IMG/VR virus record: IMGVR_UViG_3300030493_000037
Span: 1-35,047 of that record
Reading direction: 5' to 3' (one strand)
Source: a virus
Lineage: Duplodnaviria > Caudoviricetes
Length of the DNA: 35,047 nucleotides
The notes under the pieces: model-generated
The model's input: the letters and a program-made list of their open reading frames with translations, nothing else
Databases searched by the model: none
Told to the model about the DNA's origin: nothing
In this document: positions 17,374-26,009 of the stretch, piece by piece
How positions within the stretch are numbered: position 1 is the first letter of the stretch
Layout of the letters: each line of letters begins with the position of its first letter
Translations under genes and position numbers: made by a program

Positions 17374-19544
17374 GCGTTCTCTTGCTTTCCTGTATCTCTC
17401 TGTTTTCACAGACGGTAACGATCAGCGACACGCTTTACATTGGCCCGGAGAGTCAGCGGTTTGTCGGCCGCGCGACTGTGGCCTCGCCTGACATGACGTG
17501 CGGGACGGCGACCTATGTTCGCGGCGAGAGGGTCTACACGATCCCGAACGGCGCCGTGGTCGTCACGTTGCCGGCGAACTCGGGCTGCACGGTTCCGGCC
17601 GGTCAGCAGAATGTATATCGGGTCACGTTCGCGCCGAGTAGCAACAGGCCTTCCGCCTGGACGGAACTCTGGTACGTTCCAGCGTCTCCAGCGACAACGA
17701 CGGTTCGTGCGGTTCGGGCGGGGGCGAGTATCAGTACGCCGGCCGGGACGATTCTGGCGGGGCAGTTGGCCCGCGGCGGGGCGAACACCTATCAGTCGCT
17801 GGCCTGGCTGGGCGCCGAGTGGGGTCCGCTCACGCCAACCGACGACTCCATCGGCGTGGGCAACGGGACGGGGATTGACCTGAAGGTGATTCCCGACTGC
17901 TCGACGTCGGGGCAGTTCCTGAAGTACACGGCGGCCACGAATACGTTTTCGTGCGCGGCGGCATTGACGGATAGTTTCATCCACGCCCCATCCCACGGCG
18001 TTTCCGGCTCCGACCCCGTGACGATCGCGCAGTCTCAGGTGACCGACCTCGTGACCGACATGGGGAACAAGGCGGACTCGACGCACCAGCATAACGCATC
18101 GGCCATCAGTGCGGGCACGTTGGCGGCAGAGCGTGGCGGCTTGGGCGCGGACGCATCGGCGTTCAGCGGGATCGTGCGGATGTCGGGCGGAACGGCCACA
18201 GCTTCGGATCTGGCGAATGCGGATCTCCCGGCAGCATTCGACGTGAGCGGGAAGACCTCGACGAAGCCAGCCAAGAGCGGAACGCTGGCTCCCGCGACGT
18301 GCAGCGTCGGCGAAGTGTTCTTCGATACGGACGCGACGGCGGGTGAAAACTGGTTGCTCTGCACATCATCGAACACATGGACGGCGGTTGTCGGTGGAGG
18401 TGGCGGAAGCCTGACCACCTATTCGGTCGCTTCGTTCACGGCTCCATTCACGTCTCAAACCACCGTCACATTAACCCACAACTTCGGCAGCACGAAGCAG
18501 GTGATCGCGTGTTACGACGGCTCGAATCAGTGGATCGAACCGCTAGCCATCACGATTGGCGGGCCGAGTTCCACCGTCACGTTCTCCGCCGCTCAGTCGG
18601 GTTCCTGTACGGTCATCGGGGGAACGGGGCTGTACGAGGAGTCCTTCACATCGCAGACCAGCGTGAACCTCGACCATGACTACAATACCCAGAACATCAT
18701 GGTGAAGTGCTACGACGGCGACGAGAACGAAGTCGAGCCAGATGGGGTCGTGGCGACGGATGCGAACAACGCGCTGGTGACGTTTGCGGTTGCCCAGACC
18801 GGGCGGTGCTCGGTGGCCGCGACGTTGGCGGTTGGAGGGGGCGGTGGTTCCGGCACGGTGACGAGCGTGGGGGCCACTGTCCCGTCCGGGTTTTCCGTCA
18901 GCGGCTCTCCCGTTACTACGAGTGGAACGCTTGCCGTAACGCTTGATTCACAGGCCCAAAACAAGGTGCTCATCTCTCCAGCAGCCACTTCTGGATCGCC
19001 TACGTTCCGCGTTCTGGTGGTGGCGGATCTGCCATCTGTCGTGGCCTACAACGACACGGCCAACGCCTTCACGGCCGGCGCGAAACAGACGATGGAGGCG
19101 TCCGCTACCACGGCGGGCCTCAAGGTCGCGTGCGTGGCTCTGCCGTCTAGCCCGACGACCGGCGATATCGCTTGTGACAATGCGGACGGGAACAAGTTGA
19201 AGTATTGGGACGGTTCTGAATGGGTGGACACGACTGGGACGGGCGGCGGAGGCTCTGGCGATGCGACGATCCTCCAGACCACGGCCACCCTGTCGAGTTG
19301 GGGGGCCATCACAGCAGCGGGGACAAGTGGGTCTTGTGTCCGAAAGAACATCTCGCTCTCAGGCGTGGTGGGCGGGGACGTGGTGACGGTGGGACCGCCT
19401 GCGACTCTTGAGACAGGGTTGCAGTGGGGCGGTTTAGCTGGCACGGACATCGCAATCGTCCAACTCTGCAATAACACGGGGGCCAGCATCACCCCGGCTG
19501 ATGGCGGGACGTATAGGGTTCAAGTTCTGAGGTCAACGATATGA
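17367..19544 (+). CDS. Tail fibre-like protein with signal-peptide-like N-terminus (start uncertain; frame open back to ATG 16353)
   Basis: LSSVLLLSCISLFS|QTVTISD; HxH motif; two FTSQT.V.L.H repeats; GGGSGTVTSV...VSGSPVTTSGTLAV fibre motif; paired Cys. No RBS before TTG 17367. Confidence 0.75.
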   Translation: MSSVLLLSCISLFSQTVTISDTLYIGPESQRFVGRATVASPDMTCGTATYVRGERVYTIPNGAVVVTLPANSGCTVPAGQQNVYRVTFAPSSNRPSAWTELWYVPASPATTTVRAVRAGASISTPAGTILAGQLARGGANTYQSLAWLGAEWGPLTPTDDSIGVGNGTGIDLKVIPDCSTSGQFLKYTAATNTFSCAAALTDSFIHAPSHGVSGSDPVTIAQSQVTDLVTDMGNKADSTHQHNASAISAGTLAAERGGLGADASAFSGIVRMSGGTATASDLANADLPAAFDVSGKTSTKPAKSGTLAPATCSVGEVFFDTDATAGENWLLCTSSNTWTAVVGGGGGSLTTYSVASFTAPFTSQTTVTLTHNFGSTKQVIACYDGSNQWIEPLAITIGGPSSTVTFSAAQSGSCTVIGGTGLYEESFTSQTSVNLDHDYNTQNIMVKCYDGDENEVEPDGVVATDANNALVTFAVAQTGRCSVAATLAVGGGGGSGTVTSVGATVPSGFSVSGSPVTTSGTLAVTLDSQAQNKVLISPAATSGSPTFRVLVVADLPSVVAYNDTANAFTAGAKQTMEASATTAGLKVACVALPSSPTTGDIACDNADGNKLKYWDGSEWVDTTGTGGGGSGDATILQTTATLSSWGAITAAGTSGSCVRKNISLSGVVGGDVVTVGPPATLETGLQWGGLAGTDIAIVQLCNNTGASITPADGGTYRVQVLRSTI

Positions 19545-20131
19545 AACACTTTCTCCTGATTCTAGTTCTGGCGGCGTTGGCCTCTGGCCAGACCGTCATC
19601 AACGGTTCCCGCACCATCACGGGTGCGTGGAACGCGAGCGGCGCGACCTCATCGAAGCCTGTCCCGGTCGGGACATCGGTTCCAGGAACCTGCGCGGTCG
19701 GTGACCAGTACTTCAAGAGCGATGCGACGGCGGGGAAGAACCTCTACGGCTGCACGTCCACCAATACGATGACCCAGATGTCGGGCGTCCGGCAGCAGAT
19801 CAAGTCCGTTACACTGTTCGACCCCGTAGCGGGCGACTCCGGGCGCGTCCAGTTGATGTTCGATGAGGCCGTCACGATCACGCGGGTAGCCTGTAGCGTC
19901 AAGGCTGCGACCAGCGTAACGATCCAATTGGACGAACGCGCCGCCGCTACGCCGGATACCGCTGGAACCGATGTCCTCACGTCGTCGCTGGCGTGTGACA
20001 CCAACGAGGAAGTGACGACATCCTTTGCCAACGCGGGTATCGCGGCGCGGGTCCCTGTGGCGTTGACGATCTCAGCGGTGACGGGCACGCCCGATACCCT
20101 CAGAGTCCATGTGTCCTATGTCGTGAACTAA
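19541..20131 (+). CDS. Secreted fibre-associated protein
   Basis: MKHFLLILVLAALASG|Q signal peptide; Cys-pair module shared with the upstream gene; ATGA coupling. Confidence 0.8.
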   Translation: MKHFLLILVLAALASGQTVINGSRTITGAWNASGATSSKPVPVGTSVPGTCAVGDQYFKSDATAGKNLYGCTSTNTMTQMSGVRQQIKSVTLFDPVAGDSGRVQLMFDEAVTITRVACSVKAATSVTIQLDERAAATPDTAGTDVLTSSLACDTNEEVTTSFANAGIAARVPVALTISAVTGTPDTLRVHVSYVVN

Positions 20132-20133
20132 CC

Positions 20134-21165
20134 ATGAAACAACTCATTCTGCTTTTGATTCTGACGTTCCCAGCCTGGGCCGCAACCAACCGCACCGTCA
20201 CAGTGAAGACCAGCGGCGGCGACTATACGACCCTCGCCGCTGCCATCGCCGGGGAGAAGGGTAACCTTGTATCTGCAGACCGCCAACTCACCATCGAGTG
20301 CTACGCGATGGAGGACACGACGGCGGCAGCAATTGCCAATGCCGACTGGACGACGGACGCGACCCGCTTTATCCTCATCACGGTCCCCACGGTAGAGCGG
20401 CATGAGGGGATCTGGAGCACCTCGAAGTACCGGCTGGTCGTGAGCACTAGCCCTGCTCTCAAAATAGGAAATGAATACGTCCACGTCGAGGGGCTGCAGA
20501 TCCGCTCAACCGCTACGGGCAACAATGCCGCTTCGCTCTACCTGGGTGGATACAACGGAACAGGCGGTGTAATCCACGTCCGCAACAGCATCATCCGGGG
20601 CAACTCCGACTCCTACCTTGGCTCATGTTTCACGACGTACCAGACCACGACAACTGCCTATCTTTACAATAATTTATTCTTTGGGGCAGACAAGTGGAAT
20701 GGGGCTTACGGGGCTTATGCGGGGACGACTGGCAGTTACTACTTCTATAACAACACGTTCGCGGCGAATCACACTGGGCTGAGAGTCGGCGGTGGGACTT
20801 GGGTGTTCGTGAACAACTTATTCACTGGGAACGGGGCCAACTCACACGCCGACACGGTGCTTGCGGCGGGGACGGATTACAACCGGACCAGTAATGCGGC
20901 GCTGGTGTATGCTGTGACAGGCGCAGGCAACACGCACGACGCGGTGAGCCAGACGTTCACCTTCGTAGACGCCGGGGCATTGAACTGGCATCTCGCGGTA
21001 GCGGATTCAGGTGCAAAGGATCTTGGCGTGAGCGATCCCGGCTCAGGACTCTATTCGACCGACGTGGACGGGCAGACGCGCTCCGGGTCCTGGGACGTGG
21101 GGTTTGACGAGTACCCATCGGCAACGCGGCGGCGCAATGCGGTGGTGGCCTGGAGGCGTCCATGA
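20134..21165 (+). CDS. Secreted right-handed beta-helix (pectin lyase-like) protein
   Basis: MKQLILLLILTFPAWA|A; GGDYTTLAAAI; Asn ladders (YNNLFF, YNNTFA, VNNLF); C-terminal DVDGQTR...WDVGFDEY. Confidence 0.8.
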   Translation: MKQLILLLILTFPAWAATNRTVTVKTSGGDYTTLAAAIAGEKGNLVSADRQLTIECYAMEDTTAAAIANADWTTDATRFILITVPTVERHEGIWSTSKYRLVVSTSPALKIGNEYVHVEGLQIRSTATGNNAASLYLGGYNGTGGVIHVRNSIIRGNSDSYLGSCFTTYQTTTTAYLYNNLFFGADKWNGAYGAYAGTTGSYYFYNNTFAANHTGLRVGGGTWVFVNNLFTGNGANSHADTVLAAGTDYNRTSNAALVYAVTGAGNTHDAVSQTFTFVDAGALNWHLAVADSGAKDLGVSDPGSGLYSTDVDGQTRSGSWDVGFDEYPSATRRRNAVVAWRRP

Positions 21166-21317
21166 CCAGCCGAAAGCGGTGCGCTCGCGTGAAGTGGGCC
21201 GTCAAGAAAATACGGTGCGGGTGGTGCGGCGACACGTCGGTTTGTGTCTACCCTGCGCACCTTCGGCGAATCGAGTGCTCGTGCGGACAGTGGACGAGCA
21301 CCAGGAGGCGTCCATGA
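21152..21317 (+). repeat. 14-bp direct repeat GGAGGCGTCCATGA flanking a mini-gene
   Basis: Exact copies at 21152-21165 and 21304-21317 (16/17 including the upstream CCW). Confidence 0.9.
21162..21317 (+). CDS. 51-aa basic Zn-ribbon-like protein
   Basis: Translated by hand: MTSRKRCARVKWAVKKIRCGWCGDTSVCVYPAHLRRIECSCGQWTSTRRRP*. GGAGG RBS and ATGA coupling at both ends. Confidence 0.7.
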   Translation: MTSRKRCARVKWAVKKIRCGWCGDTSVCVYPAHLRRIECSCGQWTSTRRRP

Positions 21318-21592
21318 TTTACTCTCGGTGCAAGTGCGGCAACAGACAGTCGTGGCATTCGGGCTTTCCGCCAGCAAACTGTGAGGTCTGCGAAAAGTGC
21401 GGCTTCACTCTTGCTTCGTCGCCCAATGAGCACAAGGAACCTGTTCCACATGAATGGGCATTGGAGGTTACGCAGCGTGGTGACGAGGTGGTCATCAGAA
21501 AACACTGTTTGGCCTGCCGTGTGCGCTCCACAGATACCCCGGTAGTCGCGAAGATCGTTGACATTCTTCGTTCAACGGAAGAGGGGGGGTGA
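21314..21592 (+). CDS. Cys-rich Zn-binding hypothetical protein (92 aa)
   Basis: AGGAGG RBS; CKCG...CEVCEKCG...HEW...CLAC. Confidence 0.75.
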   Translation: MIYSRCKCGNRQSWHSGFPPANCEVCEKCGFTLASSPNEHKEPVPHEWALEVTQRGDEVVIRKHCLACRVRSTDTPVVAKIVDILRSTEEGG

Positions 21593-21593
21593 A

Positions 21594-24494
21594 ATGAGAC
21601 CGATCCTCGCCCTTCTCTGCCTGCCACTGCTGGCTCTAGACAACAGCGTCACGATCCATAACGCCTCTGCCGCAATCCAGACGGCCCGGCCCACGACGCT
21701 CTACCGCACGTTCGCACAGGGCGAGTTCGCTACAGGCACATATCCGAAGCCTCGTATCGCCGGAACCGCCCCATCCGCCTGGCAGGTGGATGTCAAGACG
21801 ACTTGGCCGGATGGCTCCGTGATGGCGGCATACGTCTCGTTCCGCCTGGACCTCACAGCGAGCGGATCGGCGGTGGTGGATTTTGTCAGCGATGCGAATC
21901 CCTGTCATCTGGGGAATCTGGCGACGTGCCAAGCGGCGGCGTTGTCGCAGGTTCAGATGCTCAACTACGACGCTGAGGGCGGCGTGGGGACGTGGGGCGC
22001 GGCGTGGTCAGCAACGGTCAACAGCATCGAATACACGGCGTCCTCTCGAACGATGCTGAACGCGGGTGCATGGCGATACTGGCTTCAAGGCCCTGTTGTG
22101 ACGGGCGTTATCGTCGAAGACCGCAGCACGGCTTTGTCTCATGACTTCGGGTGGCAGTATACAGGTGGGGCGTGGGCGGCTCCATCGTCGAACACCTACA
22201 AGTCGCTGCATCCGGTCTTTGAGATCCGGTTCTATCCCGACCCGGATGGGGCCGGGGCGTTGACGGCCTGGGGCGGGGTGGAGGTAGACGCGCAATTGTG
22301 GAACGCCTCCACGACACGGCTCCAGCGGTTCGACTCAATCGACTTGACGCTCAAGACAGGCAACCTCGAGGCGACGCCAGCGTACACGGTCACAGGTAAG
22401 TCCTTCCACGCCCGGAGCCGCCGGCACAAACTTGCCTGGAGCGGCACGACTCCCGGCGCGGTCGTGGTGGACTTCAATTTCCAGTACCTCATCCACACGA
22501 AGTTGATTCCGCCTTACGATTACTCGCTTGGGGTGGCAACCTCTCTTGCGAACACGTCGCTGTCGGCCTACGCATCGCACTTGGGGAGCGATGAGCCCCA
22601 GTGGTGTTCGATGACTGGGTATTGCGCCAGTTGGCAAAAGGGAATTGGCGGAACTGGGGCGCGTGGTGACATTGCGCTGATCCCGCGCTGGTATCTCGAA
22701 TACTTGTACCTCATGGGCCATAGCGGGGTGACGACGGCGAACAAGAAGAACGTGTGGGACAAGCTCGTCATCGGCAATGCGGACGCTGGCGGACACGCCC
22801 CGTTTCACTACATGGAGACGGGGACCGGGTTGACGTTCTTCAGCCCGCTCAACTTAACCGACGCCTTCGGACGGATCGGCAGCATCAATGCTCGCCCTAC
22901 CTGGTACGCCTACAACACGGATGAGGCGTCCACGCTGACGCCCGCCTGTTCATCTGAGCCTTGCGACGCTCGGATGAATGCGGCAGTGACGCCCTACCAC
23001 GGCTCCTGGTCGGCGCAGGGGTGGACGAACTACATCTCCCACGCGCCACCGATCTACGCGATTCCAGCCTTCCTGACGGGGTATCACTACTATCTGACAG
23101 GGGCGCAGTTCGAGGCGAGCTACGTCCTGGGCACGGCGCACTACTGCACGACGGCCTCTTACGGTTGCCGCCAGGGATCACGCGGGATCTTCTGGTATGA
23201 CTCCGCATTACGAGGCCGTGCGTGGGCATTGCGGAACATATACTGGGCCGCCATCCTGACGCCCGACGCCGATATCGAGCGGGCCTACTTCATCGACAAG
23301 TTGAAGGCCAATGCGGCCTACGAGGAGGGCATCTACCTGATGTCTGGGGCGCATACCCCAACAGCCCCGGCCTGCCCGTCCTACGTTCTCAGCACCGGCA
23401 CCGCGCCGACCGCTGATATGTGGTGCGCCGGGAGGAACTTCTGGTCCTTCACTCGCGCTATCCCATCGTCCAACCCACTCTACCTGGCGCAGCATGGCGG
23501 GGTTTGGGGCTACACCACCGATGGCCTGGCGGGAACCAGCGGAGCGGTCAACGCGCTCTACCAGTCCTACCCCTCGGCGGTCGCTGGTTGGCTCGCATCG
23601 CTTGGTGCGATTCTCGACGACGACAACCAGCCCATCTTCATGCACGTCAGGAACGCAAGAGCGGCGCATCTGGCGGGAAGAACCCTATCCAGCCCGACCA
23701 GCATGTATATGATGCGGGGACTGTACTGGTCCACGAATACGAGCGCCGCGTGGCCGACAGAATGGAGCGTTCTCAAAGACGCCTGGGTGACGAGTTACAC
23801 CCTTGACGCGGACATGACGAGTACGCAGACGACGCTGGTGGTCAATAGCCTCGAATTTCACTCCACACTCTATCAGTGGCTCTCGTCATCCTGGGTGAAG
23901 ATCGACGACGAATATATCTACTTATGGGGGAACCCGTCTGTCAACAATCCCTCATCGGGCAAGACCACGATTTCAATCCTGCGGCGCGGAGTGTGGGGGT
24001 CAACCGCCGCGACGCATGCCGCAGGCGCGACGGTGACGTGGCTGCCGGGGTTCTGGGACACCTACACACAGGAGTACACCGGAGGCTACCCTATCCTCGC
24101 CCGCGCGGCGTTGGCTATGCTGGCCGATGCCGATCAGATCGGGGACTACTCGCCCGTGCAAGCGTACCGCCGCTACAGTGGGGCGCTCAGCCACCAAACC
24201 TACCAGACCAACCCGCAATGGGCCGTGGTGCCGCGTGAGCGCGTCCAAAGCGTCTCCGTGACCGGAGGGACCGGGACTGTGTCGATGTCGTGGCTGGCCC
24301 CAAGCGGCGCGGCCTGTAAGGTGGCACTGGGAACCGCTGCCCCCGCCACGTCCAGCGATGCGGCGGACACGGCGGCAACGGCCACGTTGGGGCGGCGGCA
24401 GACGCACAGCGCGACCGGACTCAGCGCCGGGACCAAGTACTACAGAATTTCGTGCGGGACCGCTCGTGCCAGCGGGACCGTGGAGGTCAACTGA
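21594..24494 (+). CDS. Large secreted protein resembling PcRGLX/YetA-type polysaccharide-active enzymes
   Basis: MRPILALLCLPLLA|LD; WQVDVKTTWPDGSV..A.VSF N-terminal motif; DIALIPRW; RGRAWALRN; C-terminal Fn3-like domain (GLSAGTKYYRISCG). Confidence 0.7.
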   Translation: MRPILALLCLPLLALDNSVTIHNASAAIQTARPTTLYRTFAQGEFATGTYPKPRIAGTAPSAWQVDVKTTWPDGSVMAAYVSFRLDLTASGSAVVDFVSDANPCHLGNLATCQAAALSQVQMLNYDAEGGVGTWGAAWSATVNSIEYTASSRTMLNAGAWRYWLQGPVVTGVIVEDRSTALSHDFGWQYTGGAWAAPSSNTYKSLHPVFEIRFYPDPDGAGALTAWGGVEVDAQLWNASTTRLQRFDSIDLTLKTGNLEATPAYTVTGKSFHARSRRHKLAWSGTTPGAVVVDFNFQYLIHTKLIPPYDYSLGVATSLANTSLSAYASHLGSDEPQWCSMTGYCASWQKGIGGTGARGDIALIPRWYLEYLYLMGHSGVTTANKKNVWDKLVIGNADAGGHAPFHYMETGTGLTFFSPLNLTDAFGRIGSINARPTWYAYNTDEASTLTPACSSEPCDARMNAAVTPYHGSWSAQGWTNYISHAPPIYAIPAFLTGYHYYLTGAQFEASYVLGTAHYCTTASYGCRQGSRGIFWYDSALRGRAWALRNIYWAAILTPDADIERAYFIDKLKANAAYEEGIYLMSGAHTPTAPACPSYVLSTGTAPTADMWCAGRNFWSFTRAIPSSNPLYLAQHGGVWGYTTDGLAGTSGAVNALYQSYPSAVAGWLASLGAILDDDNQPIFMHVRNARAAHLAGRTLSSPTSMYMMRGLYWSTNTSAAWPTEWSVLKDAWVTSYTLDADMTSTQTTLVVNSLEFHSTLYQWLSSSWVKIDDEYIYLWGNPSVNNPSSGKTTISILRRGVWGSTAATHAAGATVTWLPGFWDTYTQEYTGGYPILARAALAMLADADQIGDYSPVQAYRRYSGALSHQTYQTNPQWAVVPRERVQSVSVTGGTGTVSMSWLAPSGAACKVALGTAAPATSSDAADTAATATLGRRQTHSATGLSAGTKYYRISCGTARASGTVEVN

Positions 24495-24495
24495 C

Positions 24496-25653
24496 ATGCG
24501 AACTCTAGTCCTCATCCTCATCGCCCTGCCAGCCCTGGCGCAGAACATCACAAGGAGACTTACTATGCGAATCGCTTTTCTGGTTTTCGTGCTTTGCTTG
24601 ACGGCATCGGCGCAGACCTACATCTTCGGCGGCGGCAAAGCAGCCGCGATTGTGGGGCCACGCGGCTCCACGCTGCCAGCCTCATGCACCACGCCTGGGC
24701 TCATGTTTACGCTGCTCGCAGACGACGGGACCAATAAGCAGGGCGACTATAGATGCGTTAATGGATACTACACGCGCGCTGGGCTTACGGGGACCGAAGG
24801 CCGATTGCTGCGCTTCGGCGCGGCCAATGCCGTTGGCCTGACGACGGGGCTGTATGAGGATGGCAGCGGCAACGTCGGCATCAGGACCGCAGCCCCCACC
24901 GCGAAGCTCGATGTGAACGGCAACGCCCTGATCTACGATTCCACGGCGACGACGGGGGCCACGACGGTCACGATCAAGGCCGGGGCGGGGCAATCGACAA
25001 CGGATTTGTTGGCTTTGAAAAACAGCAGCGGCTCGCTGATCGGAAGAATTTTAAGCAGCGGCGCGATGCAGTTGAATGGTGGGTTCTTTGTCGGCGGTGG
25101 TAATGGTGGCGCTCAACTAGGTTATTACAACAATACCCTTACGCTTGGGTCCGCATGGCCAGTCACTTGGTCGTCAACTGCAGCCGCGAATGGAACTTCC
25201 GACCTCGCCCTCTCCCGCGCCTCCGCAGGCGTCCTCGAAGTCAACAGCGGCACTGCCCTCGCCCTCCGCGACCTCAACCTCCGCACCATCTCTGGCGGCT
25301 GGCGGGCCGAAGCCGAGGGCGGCTGCAACACCTACACTGATCTGGCGGTGGACGGCGCGCTCAACACGAAGGTCACCAGCGCCTCCTATAACTTCGTCGC
25401 CGCCGATGTGGGCAGTTGGATCGACGTGACGGCTGGCTCGGGTTGGACGACGGGCCGCTACGTCATCGTGTCGGTGGCGTCGAACGCCGCCACGCTGTCG
25501 AGTTCTCCCGCCGCCGTCAGCACGACGGGCGGGACGTACATCACAGGGCGCGGCAAGATCGTCCACGTCGCGGGCGGAACTGACGTTGCCGACACCCTGC
25601 GCTTTTGCGGCAAGGGCGCCGATAACGCGATGGCGTGGCGGGCGCTCTACTGA
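24496..25653 (+). CDS. Secreted tail fibre-like protein with two tandem signal peptides (second start 24565)
   Basis: MRTLVLILIALPALAQ then MRIAFLVFVLCLTASAQ; GNVGIRTAAPTAKLDVNGN and DLALSRASAGVLEV fibre motifs. Confidence 0.8.
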   Translation: MRTLVLILIALPALAQNITRRLTMRIAFLVFVLCLTASAQTYIFGGGKAAAIVGPRGSTLPASCTTPGLMFTLLADDGTNKQGDYRCVNGYYTRAGLTGTEGRLLRFGAANAVGLTTGLYEDGSGNVGIRTAAPTAKLDVNGNALIYDSTATTGATTVTIKAGAGQSTTDLLALKNSSGSLIGRILSSGAMQLNGGFFVGGGNGGAQLGYYNNTLTLGSAWPVTWSSTAAANGTSDLALSRASAGVLEVNSGTALALRDLNLRTISGGWRAEAEGGCNTYTDLAVDGALNTKVTSASYNFVAADVGSWIDVTAGSGWTTGRYVIVSVASNAATLSSSPAAVSTTGGTYITGRGKIVHVAGGTDVADTLRFCGKGADNAMAWRALY

Positions 25654-25994
25654 TGAAACTCGCGTTCATCGCCGCCGTCCTGCTCTGCCTCTGCCAAACC
25701 GGGCAGTCCCAGGACCGTGCCTACCAGTTGAGCGTGGCGGGCGTCGTGGCGGCCAACGCCCTTGACGCGCACAGCTCTTGGGGCAAGCGCGAGGCCAACC
25801 CCATGCTTGGGAGCGGGCGCTTTGGGGTGCAGCATTTCGCTATCAAGTCCGCCATCACGGCGGGGGGGCAGATCGCGGCATGGGCCCTCACTCGGCGCAA
25901 CCCCAAGGCGCGGCGCAGGCTAATGTGGCTGAACGTCGGGGTGGCGGGTGGCATCGTTGGGGTCGCGGGGCGGAACTACACGGTAGAGAAATGA
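25653..25994 (+). CDS. Small membrane protein
   Basis: Signal-like N-terminus, EANPMLG motif, two further hydrophobic helices; TGATG coupling. Confidence 0.7.
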   Translation: MKLAFIAAVLLCLCQTGQSQDRAYQLSVAGVVAANALDAHSSWGKREANPMLGSGRFGVQHFAIKSAITAGGQIAAWALTRRNPKARRRLMWLNVGVAGGIVGVAGRNYTVEK

Positions 25995-26009
25995 TCGGAG
26001 ACGCATCTC

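Noticed and set aside
21583-21589. G7 tract at the RBS of the large secreted gene as a phase-variation switch
   Set aside because: Seven G is short for a GC-rich genome, and it is explained by Gly codons and the RBS.
17367-25653. Shufflon or invertible tail-fibre cassettes next to the recombinase
   Set aside because: All genes are full length and co-oriented, with no inverted partial cassettes or repeated crossover sites visible by eye.
17367-25653. Diversity-generating retroelement
   Set aside because: There is no reverse transcriptase in the window, and I saw no template/variable repeat pair differing at adenines.
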